DNA of 64,000 nucleotides from NCBI GenBank assembly GCA_947074345.1, contig CAMTPH010000001.1, positions 48,650 through 112,649 of the forward strand, given 5' to 3'. Under the pieces are notes generated by a model. That model made no database searches and was not told where the DNA came from. It saw only the letters and a list, made by a program, of their open reading frames with translations. Positions 8,817 to 19,498 of this stretch are shown here, piece after piece (positions within the stretch are counted from its first letter, which is position 1; the number at the start of each line of letters is the position of its first letter). A program made the translations under genes and the position numbers. The DNA comes from an uncultured Bacteroides sp. GTDB taxonomy: Bacteria; Bacteroidota; Bacteroidia; Bacteroidales; Bacteroidaceae.

Positions 8817-9956
8817 TTATTTCAACTTATATACTTCAGAACCGGCAAGAAGAAAACAACCAATACCATAATCTTCAAAGTCAGGCATTGATTTGTAAGT
8901 AACCGGTTGGCCATCTTTAGGTTCTTTCCCGGTGCCTTGTACATAGCCTAAGAAACCAGTATCTTGATGAACAGCCTCTTTAATGATTGCATTCCATCCT
9001 TTAGCTAAACTAGGAAGATATTCTTCTTTGTCTAAGATTCCGTTGTTGATGCCCCATGCCATGCCATAAACAAATAGCGCAGTACCTGTAGACTCTTTAC
9101 CACCAAAGTTTGACTCATCGTGCATACTTACATTCCAGAAACCGTCTTCGCGTTGGCAATCTTTAATTGCTTTGCACATTGCTTTAAAATCTGCAATATA
9201 TGTTTTGCGATTTGGATCATTGGCAGGAACATCTTCTAAGATACGTGCAAGAGCAGCTATCACCCATCCATTGCCTCTTGACCAATAACAGTTTTTGCCA
9301 TTAGGCTCTTTGTAAGGAGGAACAAAGTCCGCATCTCTCCACCAGAGCCCCTCTTTTGGATTGTAAAGACCTCCGGCTAATGTGTTACGACTCCATTCAT
9401 ACATTTCCCAAGCTTTATCGAAATATTTCTGCTCCCCTTTCAATTTACCCATTTTAGTAAGAACAGGCATACCCATCTGTATGGCATCAATCCACGTCCA
9501 GTCGTTGACTTGTGGAGTGTTAACCAACATATTCATGCAAGCCAATGTCTTAGTCAACATCTTTGGCTCTTGTGCCAAGTTGTACATATCGATATAAGTT
9601 TGACCGGCGCAATAGTTGTCTGCATTGCGAGTTGTTGTTACATCATTACGCATTCCCCAGTTGTGTGCTTCTCCCCAAGCATATGTATAATCGTAATAGC
9701 GATTTTCGGGATAGATAGAATATAATGCCATTAATCCTTCATAGTAAACGGCACGAGTCCAAATATTAGCCTCATATATTTTCTTCCTTGAATAGTAAGG
9801 AATCACCGCAGACGGGTCGGGATACTTTTTCATAAAGTAATTGTTTACCTTAATCATTTGCTGGAGAGTCTCCTTCTGAGATGGTAATGTAGTTTGTGCA
9901 TTGATGCTCGTGACAAAAGCAACTAAAGCCATCATAGTGATAAATACTTTTTTCAT
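8817..9956 (-). CDS. GH105/GH88 unsaturated (rhamno)galacturonyl hydrolase
   Basis: Signal peptide; WTWIDAIQM, GLWWRD, WSRGNGW, ESTGTALFVY, YGIGCFLLAGSE motifs. Confidence 0.85.
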   Translation of the reverse strand: MKKVFITMMALVAFVTSINAQTTLPSQKETLQQMIKVNNYFMKKYPDPSAVIPYYSRKKIYEANIWTRAVYYEGLMALYSIYPENRYYDYTYAWGEAHNWGMRNDVTTTRNADNYCAGQTYIDMYNLAQEPKMLTKTLACMNMLVNTPQVNDWTWIDAIQMGMPVLTKMGKLKGEQKYFDKAWEMYEWSRNTLAGGLYNPKEGLWWRDADFVPPYKEPNGKNCYWSRGNGWVIAALARILEDVPANDPNRKTYIADFKAMCKAIKDCQREDGFWNVSMHDESNFGGKESTGTALFVYGMAWGINNGILDKEEYLPSLAKGWNAIIKEAVHQDTGFLGYVQGTGKEPKDGQPVTYKSMPDFEDYGIGCFLLAGSEVYKLK

Positions 9957-9958
9957 AT

Positions 9959-12670
9959 CTATTTGTTATTTAATTGTTTTATATTGACAGGATACAACAC
10001 AACATCATTTAATAGTCCCGCAGGAGCGATATCCCATTTCTCGCAAGAGAGTTGTTTGTATTTAGAACTTACAATATTGGCATCTTTGAAGATACGCCAA
10101 TCATCTTTATCTCTATCCATTTGGGCCATTCTGTTGGCAGGAATATTTGTTACACTAATCTCAATTTGATTGTCGCCATTTTGTAACCATTGACCAACAC
10201 GTAGCTCAAAAGGTACAGACCAGGATGTAGATACCTCTTTACCGTTTATCTTAACTCTAGCAGAAGCTCTTACATCACCTAAATCTAATATCCATTCATC
10301 GGTAATCGATGTATCAGGAATAGTAAATACGGTACTGTATGTTCCTGTGCCGCAATTAATTTTTAGATCATCAGACAATTTAGTCCAATCACAAGGCTTG
10401 TCTAAAATATATGTTTCTTCGATAACAGGATATGAATCCTGAAATGATAAGCTCCAATTGTTAGACGTAATACCTTTATCTCTAATTCCTAGATACGGCC
10501 ATTGATCAAGTCTCTCTTTTGTATCATAAACAATTATAGACTCACCAGAACGAAGTTGTAAGTAAACTTCTTTTTTATCTCCATTCTTGCGTATTGCTGC
10601 TTTAGCACGATTTCCTGTAATAGGATCTAGGAATGCTACATTATCTGTAGCAACTCCTATTTCCACCCAACCATCAATATCCGAATCGGAAAGTTGTGAA
10701 ATGAAGTACAACTTACCAATTCGAGTGTTTTTTCTTATCAAACGAGTACCCTGGTTCTTTATTGGTTCATATGAGCCACCAGCTTGTTGTAAAAGTTCTT
10801 GTAAATTATTCCCGCGTAAATATTTTCTTGTAGATAATCCCTTGAATAATGTTTGAGCTTGCTTCAATTCTGACTGATAATATTTAAATCCGGAGACATC
10901 ATTGGGTATTCCTTCGAAAAGAACAATCTTTGCGCCTTGCTCAGCGAGTGAAACTATTATTTGAAGAGTACTAAGAGGGATTTGTTGGCAATTTGGTAAT
11001 ATCAAAGCCTTATAACGTGTCCCACCAACGGTTACTAGTTCGCCATTATCTACATGAAGAGATGTCAAATAGGCGTCCGAAATATAATCAGCATCATAAC
11101 CGATGTTAATTATTTTATTCATAACCTCTTTAAGATAAGGCATTGTTCTATCCATTTTATGGATGTCAAACAATAAATAGTTGCGCCCAGCATTTGTATT
11201 ACGAATATCGTCTATGGGGATATAAAGTAAGAAATCATTATCGGGAGTAGCTTGTTGGAGCATACTTTGACAACGCTCTATGTAATTAAACAATCCACTT
11301 GCATCTTCCCACAATGGTGCAGTAGGTGACATATTGATAGATGCATAAAATAACCATCCCGGAAAAGAAACATTCTTAGGCGAGTAAGGCGCACCATGAA
11401 AATACAGATGATTGATGCCCGAAATAAAAAAGTTATCAATCTCAGGTTTACATAAAGCCAATGATGTATGAAAGTGTTCGGTTAGCCATGTAAGGCTTTC
11501 TGCCGAAGTAATATTCTTGCCTGTAACATTAGTTGCAGACGAAGCCAATTTAAATACTGCGGGATCTGAGTCATTCTCTTTTGCATCTGGATTAGGATGC
11601 ATCCCTTTGATACCAAAATTAGTATGACCAAATGATTCACATTCGGCGATATCAACCTCTGCATATAAATCAAATAAATTAGCAGGAGAACCATGAGCTT
11701 GGTTTCTTACTCTACTACCTTTGCTATTAGCCCATTTATGCCAAACTTTCGTAAAGTTATTCATTAGCAATCCTTCAATCGTTGTTCGGTAATCATTAAC
11801 GATACGCATAGATGCCGCATCTTTGCCTTCACGTGCAAATTCAGGTAGATAATCTTCAAGATTGTATTGATGGTCTTTGCGGAATTGATTTAAGAAATCA
11901 TCAGTCCAACTTGCTCCATACACTTCATAAGAGTCATTGAAGAAACTGTCGGGATAAGGAGCATTATTAGTTTCAAAAGCATGAGCAAAATGGTCTAAAT
12001 ATCTCTGTACCGCCAATGAATCATAATGATTTAAAACGTAACCTTCACCTCCGGGAGCTGCGCGCTTCACTTTTTGGAAGGTACGTCCTGAATAAAGTGT
12101 ATAGACTTTCCATTCTCCTTTAGGCGCTTTCCAAGAAAGTGTGCCATTTTTTACATATTTCAGAAGAGATCTTTTCTCTTTGGTTTTTATATTTTCAGCC
12201 TGAACGGCTTGTAACTTTGCTACGGCATGCTGTTTGGGGTCTTTAGGCAATAGCTCCAATTCGAATAATTGATTAGGCTCAATTGTATAGCTATCCAATA
12301 TATATTTAGAAGCTGCATCTTCAATCGATACCCATGGACCTCCAAATGGCCAACCAGTACAATTGCTCATATCTACCTGAAGTCCTAACTCATTAGCTCG
12401 ATTGACAGTATAACTGTAGAGATTAAACCATTCTTTTGATAAAAAAGGTCTATCATTTGATTCATTGCCTTTTACACCATAGATAGGTGTTATCTCTACA
12501 CCTCCTATGCCTTGGCGTGCAAATTCACTCAAATTATAATCAATGCCTACACTATCTACAGCACTGCCCAACCACCACCAACGTACATATGGTTTAGACT
12601 CCGATTTCTCAAAAGCTGTTGTTGTTAGCGCTAGAGTACCGCAAATTATAGATAATATGATTCTTTTCAT
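9959..12670 (-). CDS. GH106 alpha-L-rhamnosidase
   Basis: KPYVRWWWLG, GIGGVEITPIYG, GWPFGGPW, FFNDSYEV, NQAHGSP, AESLTW motifs; C-terminal LDLGDV jelly-roll. Confidence 0.88.
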   Translation of the reverse strand: MKRIILSIICGTLALTTTAFEKSESKPYVRWWWLGSAVDSVGIDYNLSEFARQGIGGVEITPIYGVKGNESNDRPFLSKEWFNLYSYTVNRANELGLQVDMSNCTGWPFGGPWVSIEDAASKYILDSYTIEPNQLFELELLPKDPKQHAVAKLQAVQAENIKTKEKRSLLKYVKNGTLSWKAPKGEWKVYTLYSGRTFQKVKRAAPGGEGYVLNHYDSLAVQRYLDHFAHAFETNNAPYPDSFFNDSYEVYGASWTDDFLNQFRKDHQYNLEDYLPEFAREGKDAASMRIVNDYRTTIEGLLMNNFTKVWHKWANSKGSRVRNQAHGSPANLFDLYAEVDIAECESFGHTNFGIKGMHPNPDAKENDSDPAVFKLASSATNVTGKNITSAESLTWLTEHFHTSLALCKPEIDNFFISGINHLYFHGAPYSPKNVSFPGWLFYASINMSPTAPLWEDASGLFNYIERCQSMLQQATPDNDFLLYIPIDDIRNTNAGRNYLLFDIHKMDRTMPYLKEVMNKIINIGYDADYISDAYLTSLHVDNGELVTVGGTRYKALILPNCQQIPLSTLQIIVSLAEQGAKIVLFEGIPNDVSGFKYYQSELKQAQTLFKGLSTRKYLRGNNLQELLQQAGGSYEPIKNQGTRLIRKNTRIGKLYFISQLSDSDIDGWVEIGVATDNVAFLDPITGNRAKAAIRKNGDKKEVYLQLRSGESIIVYDTKERLDQWPYLGIRDKGITSNNWSLSFQDSYPVIEETYILDKPCDWTKLSDDLKINCGTGTYSTVFTIPDTSITDEWILDLGDVRASARVKINGKEVSTSWSVPFELRVGQWLQNGDNQIEISVTNIPANRMAQMDRDKDDWRIFKDANIVSSKYKQLSCEKWDIAPAGLLNDVVLYPVNIKQLNNK

Positions 12671-12682
12671 GCTTTAATATAC

Positions 12683-15600
12683 TTATCGTTGTATCGATAT
12701 ACCCATAAGACCTATTACTACGTCATTAGAACAAGTCTCTAAATTTAAACTTTTCAACTCTTTCTTTGGATTAGTTTTCATATCAAGAATTATCCCAGCT
12801 CCACACTCAATCTCTCTGCCATAAACACCTTCTATAGATAGCTCTTCGCCTAAATAACGACTAACCTTTCCATCTTTAAAGTGTATGCGATAGGGTGGAT
12901 TGTGATTGCTCTCGGGCGCAAAAGCTCCTTCATTATAAAAAATATCTTGTTCGATAGGTACCCAAGTAGTGGGGTTAACTAATGAAAGAGTATCGCTTGA
13001 ACCATCTGTATAATTGATTTTTATTATACCATTGTCTACTCCATACTGCATATGGTTAGTAGAACCGGCCATCAACAAATAGATGTTTTGAGCAGTTCCA
13101 GATAATGGTATCTCTACCTGATCAGGGTAATTGTCCCAAAGAGATGTATAGATGATATTATTTCCATATTTTTTACTTCTAAAATTGACTCCAAGATTAG
13201 TGTTTAATACTTCATTGTCAGTTAATAATGTTCTCAAACCACTGTCGTCTATGGTTGCTGTATGCTTCGGATGACACCATTCACCGATACCTTGGGTAGG
13301 TATCTGTAGGGTTGTATAAGGTGAGCGAGGCGATACATAATCGTTATTGAATATATCACTCACTGATGAATTATAATAGGAAGATAAGTTTACCATTTCA
13401 ATACTTTCGCTCTCTATATTTTTAAATCCATTGTCTACACTCCATGTTATATTGAGAGGTTGTTCATCAACTTGCCACCACACAAGTTTGTTGTCTTTAC
13501 ATTCATAAAATGTAATAGGTCCTTCTTTGATAATTCTTCCAGTTGACTGCGCTTTTAATGATTTACCCATTTCAATATCAACTTTGTATAATTTCTCTGA
13601 TCCTAGATTGATGGAAATTTGTGGTAGTTCTATGGCATCTTCAACGGCACTCCATTTTACAGTTTTGCCATTAACACGCACGCGTTTCACATTAGCATTA
13701 ACATCTATCTGAAGAGTAATATTTAATGCTGTATTAAAACGTTGTTCAATTTGATATTCTATTTTTTTATCGCTTCTCTTAAATTGATAAGCAATATCTT
13801 TCATAGATAATTCTGCGTTATCCCATTCCTTAGGAAACCCCGGATTAATAAGCACTTTGCCATTCATAGCATCAGGTTTTATTCCATACAAACCTTCAAT
13901 CATTGCTCTAGACCAAACACCAATTGGATCACCAAAATCGCGATAACATTCTCCGCGAGTTGCGTCATGGAAGCTAATTTGTCCGAAATTAAGTGGAGAG
14001 GCTCCTAAATACATATTATCAAGAGCAACACTTTTCATTAAGTTAAATGCCTTTTCTTTTCGTCCACTTTGCCAATAGGCAAGCGCCATGTGCATCACTT
14101 CGGCTATTGCAACATTGTTGATACTCCATGAATATGGTTTCCAAGATGTTGTTGAGATTACAGCATATTTACCATTTTCAATACCATTGGCTTCAACTGG
14201 TATATGTGGTAATTGATTATCAACATAACGGGTAGCAGAATATGCTTGAAATGGAGTAGCAACCTCTGAGTCTATAGCATGATAAATAGTCCACAATGCA
14301 GCATTTGGATGTGTGCGTTGTTTTCCCATGTAATCTTTGAATTCGGCCCAATGCCCTTTGTCTTTAAGCCATAGAATATCATTAAGTGCTTTAAGAATTG
14401 ATTCGGCTTCTTCTTTGTAAGGAGTTGGATCAATGCCAATCAATTCAGCAATCTCTGCTGTTTTTTTATTCGCATAATAGTTGTAGGCTGTTGAGTGTGT
14501 TACCGCACCACTATTATAGTAAAGCGCATCGCTTGCCCAAATGCAACAGTAAGCATCGTAAAGAGCGTCATTATTGGGGTCGAAATTACGTTTCTCCCAT
14601 TTTAGATGGCGATCAATTATTGGAAATATTTGGCGAGCATAGTCTTTATCACCTGTCCAACTAAGATGTCGTAACAGTTCATCTATGTAACATAGGTTCA
14701 TGTCATAATGTGACATTTCACTTTTTTGTCCAGGTCGTCGACAAATATAACCATCGCTGTACATTTGCGTACCCCATACCTTAGCAGCACGAGCCATATT
14801 TAGGGTAGAGTCTTGATAAGGATGAGGCTTTATAGCCGGAATATCTTTTATTTGATTCTCAGCATATACATTAAAATGTTTTCTTGCTCTATCATGCCAT
14901 CCTAGTGCATCTCCTACATACGCCCCTCGCCAACCACTATAAGGCGCACGCCAACCAATCGCACCATGTAACCATACTTCGCCACTCCAAATACCATCAG
15001 CAGCAAGTGCCAAAGCTTCCCCAATGGGCGTAATAAAATCATCAGGAGTACGTATATATAATGCTTGTGCTAATTCATTACGATACTTTTCAGCTGACAT
15101 AAAGTGAGCAGGAAGTTGATTGATCGACATGTTTAATTGATTGCTTAGTGGATAGATTGCAATATATTCTACTCCATTAGGGGCTATCTCAAATGTATTC
15201 TTCAAAGATGGATATTGTGTAATCTCGATTTGGTTACTCGGTAGTGTCATAAAGAGTTTACTGCGTGTTTTACGTCCATAATCAATCTCTACTTCATTAC
15301 CATGTACGGTATAATCATTGTCTTTGCAATAGGTTTCTTTAAAATCAAAACAGTCAGGTTTATCAACACCTAAATCTCCTTCTCTATAGAACTTAACATC
15401 CGCAACGCCGCCAAAATGAATATCAACTTTCTGACTATGGTTTGAGTTGTTTTTGATTTTCCATAAAGCTGCATCGACACCGTTACGCATTACTTGTGCC
15501 TCGATAACTAATCCATTATCGAGCGTATAAATCATCTTTCCCGCTTCGTAGCGAGTTGTACAATTTTTATAAGATGTATTAATCTTTAAGTTGCCACCCA

Positions 15601-15871
15601 TTCGAGGAAGATATAACCCAAATTCAGGCATATCACTACACTCCATTCTAAATCCGCTATTAGCTCCATATAGACCTCTAATAAATTTTCGGTTTCCATT
15701 AACCACTTCTACACCATTGCCATTTGGATGGAATCTTAGTTCTCGCTGATTGGATGATAAATCATTATACGTATATCCCTCATTAAGCTGTACAACAGCT
15801 TTCTTCTGTCCCCAAAGAGAAACAGAAAACAAAATGGTATATATTAATATGTAGTTTTTTATTTTAATCAT
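12683..15871 (-). CDS. DUF4450-type protein with (alpha/alpha)6 glycosidase-like domain
   Basis: Signal peptide; N-terminal RELRFHP..NG.RKFIRGLYG; central HYDMNLCYIDELL, IWASDALYY and WSINNVA segments resembling six-hairpin glycosidases. Confidence 0.65.
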   Translation of the reverse strand: MIKIKNYILIYTILFSVSLWGQKKAVVQLNEGYTYNDLSSNQRELRFHPNGNGVEVVNGNRKFIRGLYGANSGFRMECSDMPEFGLYLPRMGGNLKINTSYKNCTTRYEAGKMIYTLDNGLVIEAQVMRNGVDAALWKIKNNSNHSQKVDIHFGGVADVKFYREGDLGVDKPDCFDFKETYCKDNDYTVHGNEVEIDYGRKTRSKLFMTLPSNQIEITQYPSLKNTFEIAPNGVEYIAIYPLSNQLNMSINQLPAHFMSAEKYRNELAQALYIRTPDDFITPIGEALALAADGIWSGEVWLHGAIGWRAPYSGWRGAYVGDALGWHDRARKHFNVYAENQIKDIPAIKPHPYQDSTLNMARAAKVWGTQMYSDGYICRRPGQKSEMSHYDMNLCYIDELLRHLSWTGDKDYARQIFPIIDRHLKWEKRNFDPNNDALYDAYCCIWASDALYYNSGAVTHSTAYNYYANKKTAEIAELIGIDPTPYKEEAESILKALNDILWLKDKGHWAEFKDYMGKQRTHPNAALWTIYHAIDSEVATPFQAYSATRYVDNQLPHIPVEANGIENGKYAVISTTSWKPYSWSINNVAIAEVMHMALAYWQSGRKEKAFNLMKSVALDNMYLGASPLNFGQISFHDATRGECYRDFGDPIGVWSRAMIEGLYGIKPDAMNGKVLINPGFPKEWDNAELSMKDIAYQFKRSDKKIEYQIEQRFNTALNITLQIDVNANVKRVRVNGKTVKWSAVEDAIELPQISINLGSEKLYKVDIEMGKSLKAQSTGRIIKEGPITFYECKDNKLVWWQVDEQPLNITWSVDNGFKNIESESIEMVNLSSYYNSSVSDIFNNDYVSPRSPYTTLQIPTQGIGEWCHPKHTATIDDSGLRTLLTDNEVLNTNLGVNFRSKKYGNNIIYTSLWDNYPDQVEIPLSGTAQNIYLLMAGSTNHMQYGVDNGIIKINYTDGSSDTLSLVNPTTWVPIEQDIFYNEGAFAPESNHNPPYRIHFKDGKVSRYLGEELSIEGVYGREIECGAGIILDMKTNPKKELKSLNLETCSNDVVIGLMGISIQR

Positions 15872-15878
15872 ATTATCT

Positions 15879-17978
15879 TTAAGGCATTGGGTTTAATCCT
15901 TCCCAACGGACGTTCCAATTACCATCTTTAGGGAATCCTGGGTTAGCTATTTTATTTCCATCCCAACCAGCACACATTAATGCCACTGTTGTTAGCAATC
16001 CTCCATTTCCTGGAAGATAACATCTCAATCTACCATCTTGATAGTTGTGGCCGTTTATAAGATAAGTGTTTGTGCGTTTCTCCATCAGCAAAGCATTGAT
16101 GGCTTTTTCAGGTTCGCCCAAACGAACTGCATTCATAGCAGTCATAGGGTAATCCCATCCCCATGTTTTGCCCCAATTCCAATTATCATAAATCCAATCG
16201 AATGTGTTGTGCATATAATCTTCGCGTACTATTGGTGCTTTTGGAAGAATTCCGTATGCTCCAAGTACAGCCATATGATCTGAGGTATATCTGATGTCTT
16301 TATAAGTATCTACTGCATCTTCTGAGGCAAGATATAAACCATCTTCATTCGCGGTAAGTGGAGATAATTTATCCATCATCTCATCCCATGCAAGATTGCG
16401 TTTCTCTCCCATTCGTTCTCTCCATTTTTGTGCTACCGACATAGCATAATACCAATAAGAAAGTTCAAAAGGTGGATTAATTGTTTCGGAAGCACGAAGA
16501 GTTTCTTGTGCAGGGATTACTCCTTTTAATATGAAACGGCTTTCAAGTTCATCGTATGTAGCAAATGAGTACATGAACTTAGCTGTTTCTTGAATTAAGT
16601 CGTAATATTCTTTTATGAATTCATCTGAAGGATTGTTGCGATATACTAATTCTGCTAGGTAAATAAGATGAGGTTGTTGCCAGATTAAGAATGAACCAAC
16701 TTTAGAAGGTGCTTCTGTGCCTGATGGATCAGTCATTTTCATCCAACGTAATCCATCGAATTGTTGACGTTGAGCTATTTCACGTGCTATTGGAGCAGCC
16801 TCATGATACCATTTCAATGTTTTTGAAAGAAGTTCTTCTCTACCCCAAAGAGCAAATTGAGCTTGATGCCACCATATCATTTCAAGATGATATTTTCCGA
16901 ACCATGAATTATAAGTTAAACCAGTTTCCTGTGGAGGATAACTACCCGCACATTGAATTGCAAGAAGATATTGCGATAGAACAACACGGCGTTCAAGCTC
17001 TTTAGCACGTGGATCTTTGCAATCTGCGAAATCGACAATACCACCATTGCTCCAAAAGCTGTTCCAATGATTTTCGGATGCTTTTGTAATTTCATTGTGA
17101 GTAAGTTTAACTTCTGCAGGTTTTTCAGCATAGAAACCTGTTTGTATTGAGTAAACTTCGTCAGTAGGAGTTATAAGGAAACTGTTTTCACCGTTTTGTG
17201 TTAAATCTGCGCCGTTAAATTGTACCGCTACATAGTAGGTTGTGTTATCAAGTTTTCTTTCAATAAGAGCATAACCTTCTTTTTGATCTATAATTTTTGA
17301 AGAGTGCAAATCATCTTTTGTCCAATCGCATGCGTCATCACAATGTCCACCGCTTGGATATGGAAATTTAATGATGATAGGAAGTTTTGCTTTTGATTTA
17401 ACCTCAGCCGATACTAAATCAAGAGTGGGATGGCAGGTGGTTGATACATTCACTTTCTCACCATCGACAGTAAATTCAGATGAAATATGTCCGTTCCATA
17501 AATCGAGTTCTTGATTAATATCTTGAATCTTCTCTGGTTGCAATCCGTCAAAGCCAATAATACCTAAATGGAGTCTGTGCGGATTTACTCTAAACCAATT
17601 GGCGGCAGCTTGTTGTCTACCAGGTTCGTTAAACTGTACTGAATAGGGTTCAGATTTACCACGACCAAAATCGTAATCTCTCAAAGTTTCGTCGTGTTGA
17701 TAGTTATTAGGGTTTGGATAGCTATGCCATCCCCATTGACTTTGTGTTCCTAGAGGTACACCGGTTTTATATTTTTCTTGGAAACTTTGTAGTCCGGTAG
17801 CATCTACGGTAAAAGCGAATTCACCATTTCCGACACTTAATGAGGATAGCGAATCAATTTGTGTTATAATTGGGTTATTTCTCGAAATAACGTCATATCT
17901 ATTTATAGGCTGCTTTTTATTGCAATTTCCAAATAATATGCCGAAAGAGATTAATAACAGTAGTTTAATTGTATTCAT
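15879..17978 (-). CDS. Six-hairpin glycosidase-like lipoprotein (GH65/GH95-like, unassigned)
   Basis: Lipobox-like FGNC; SVGNGEFAFTVD N-terminal motif; WFGKYHLEMIWWH, TWGWDYPM, YLPGNGGLL. Confidence 0.6.
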   Translation of the reverse strand: MNTIKLLLLISFGILFGNCNKKQPINRYDVISRNNPIITQIDSLSSLSVGNGEFAFTVDATGLQSFQEKYKTGVPLGTQSQWGWHSYPNPNNYQHDETLRDYDFGRGKSEPYSVQFNEPGRQQAAANWFRVNPHRLHLGIIGFDGLQPEKIQDINQELDLWNGHISSEFTVDGEKVNVSTTCHPTLDLVSAEVKSKAKLPIIIKFPYPSGGHCDDACDWTKDDLHSSKIIDQKEGYALIERKLDNTTYYVAVQFNGADLTQNGENSFLITPTDEVYSIQTGFYAEKPAEVKLTHNEITKASENHWNSFWSNGGIVDFADCKDPRAKELERRVVLSQYLLAIQCAGSYPPQETGLTYNSWFGKYHLEMIWWHQAQFALWGREELLSKTLKWYHEAAPIAREIAQRQQFDGLRWMKMTDPSGTEAPSKVGSFLIWQQPHLIYLAELVYRNNPSDEFIKEYYDLIQETAKFMYSFATYDELESRFILKGVIPAQETLRASETINPPFELSYWYYAMSVAQKWRERMGEKRNLAWDEMMDKLSPLTANEDGLYLASEDAVDTYKDIRYTSDHMAVLGAYGILPKAPIVREDYMHNTFDWIYDNWNWGKTWGWDYPMTAMNAVRLGEPEKAINALLMEKRTNTYLINGHNYQDGRLRCYLPGNGGLLTTVALMCAGWDGNKIANPGFPKDGNWNVRWEGLNPMP

Positions 17979-18557
17979 AGTTATTTGATGTGGTAAAGTT
18001 ATTTAATTTATTTTTTTATAGATAAACAACTTGTGAAATAAAAAGAGTTATCTATGTTATTTTATAAATGACTTAGATGTTTGGGGAATATCAATTATAG
18101 ATAGTAAATGATTTTCCTTAAAATGGATTTACTTACATTTTTTAGTATTGAAACTCCAATAACCACTTATCTATTAATTGCTTTTCAATCATTAATAGAT
18201 AAAATGTCGTAAGTAAAGTAATTGCATTGCACTTTTGTATAATTAAAATATAAATACCTCCAAAGTTCCTTAGCAGTAATTAAGGCGTACAAAGGTTATT
18301 CTTTTAAATAATTAATAAGAGTCCATATGCATATTGGAAGGATTACTTAAATTCAAAAAGTATGTCATAGTAGTTAAATTCGTTTTACAATGTATATTCA
18401 TTTAAGGTGTAATATATCACAATTATTACCAATAACAATAATGAAGTATGATTTATTATAAATACAAATAAACCAATTATTCGATGGAGTATATCTGTGC
18501 AAAATGATATTGATATTGATGAAAATGATAAAAATGTTTCTTGATTATGGCATACTC

Positions 18558-19475
18558 TTATTTAGTTCGAATATTACGGTAGCTAACTGGAGTGTAACCT
18601 GTATGTCTTTTAAATAACATGAAGAAGTGTTCACTCGATTTATAACCCAGTTTAAATGATATTTCTTTAATGGACAACGACGTTTCTAATAACATTCTTT
18701 GCGCTCTTTTTATTTTGATTGTTTGAAAATATTTAGCGGGTGAAAGTCCGGTATGTTCCTTAAAAATTTTGCGGAACCATGAGTAGCTCATGTTAAGATC
18801 AGAAGCTAAATGACTTATGTCAATACTTTCTGTTACCCGTTCATCCATTAGGATTTTAGCCTTTTCTATATTTTGCTCAAGATGCGATGCATGAATTGTC
18901 TTATTTCGCATTATAAAACTAGTTAGACCTATTATATGACAAACAATCCCTGATAGTAATGTCATCACACCGACACCATTATTTGATGCTGTATCAAGAG
19001 CCTTTTTATAAAGTTGTTGTAACTCCTCATTAAGTCCAACATCACATATATTATTCCCTTTATCTAAGCCTATTAACTCTATAATAGTTTCAAATGTTTT
19101 ACCTTCGAAGCCAATATAATATTCTGTCCAGCCTGTTGATTTAATAGGATAGTAAGAATGTCTTTCTCCTGGTCGAACGATAATCATTGATCCAGATCTT
19201 ACGCTGACTCCTTCTTTGGGAGTATGATTAGATCTAAAAACACCACGTCCGTTTGTTATATATATAAGTTGATATTCATTCAATACTCTTCCGTTTGATA
19301 TATCAAAATAGTAGTCTGATGGGTGTACTTTTAACGGATACTGACTGTTGGGTGAAATATATTGTAAACCGACAGCATTGACTATTGCTTTAAATTTTTT
19401 ATCGTTGTCATTAGGGATTAAATATTTAAATATAGCATGCGATTCTCGTTTTAAATCAATGTTGTCGGTTTTCAT
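18558..19475 (-). CDS. AraC-family regulator, probable rhamnose activator (RhaR-like)
   Basis: GRVLNEYQLIYI cupin, GWTEYYIGF, C-terminal double HTH (SYSWFRKIFK...FKRHTGYTP). Directly after rhaD. Confidence 0.85.
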   Translation of the reverse strand: MKTDNIDLKRESHAIFKYLIPNDNDKKFKAIVNAVGLQYISPNSQYPLKVHPSDYYFDISNGRVLNEYQLIYITNGRGVFRSNHTPKEGVSVRSGSMIIVRPGERHSYYPIKSTGWTEYYIGFEGKTFETIIELIGLDKGNNICDVGLNEELQQLYKKALDTASNNGVGVMTLLSGIVCHIIGLTSFIMRNKTIHASHLEQNIEKAKILMDERVTESIDISHLASDLNMSYSWFRKIFKEHTGLSPAKYFQTIKIKRAQRMLLETSLSIKEISFKLGYKSSEHFFMLFKRHTGYTPVSYRNIRTK

Positions 19476-19498
19476 ATTTCTTAGAGTTTAGAGGTGTT

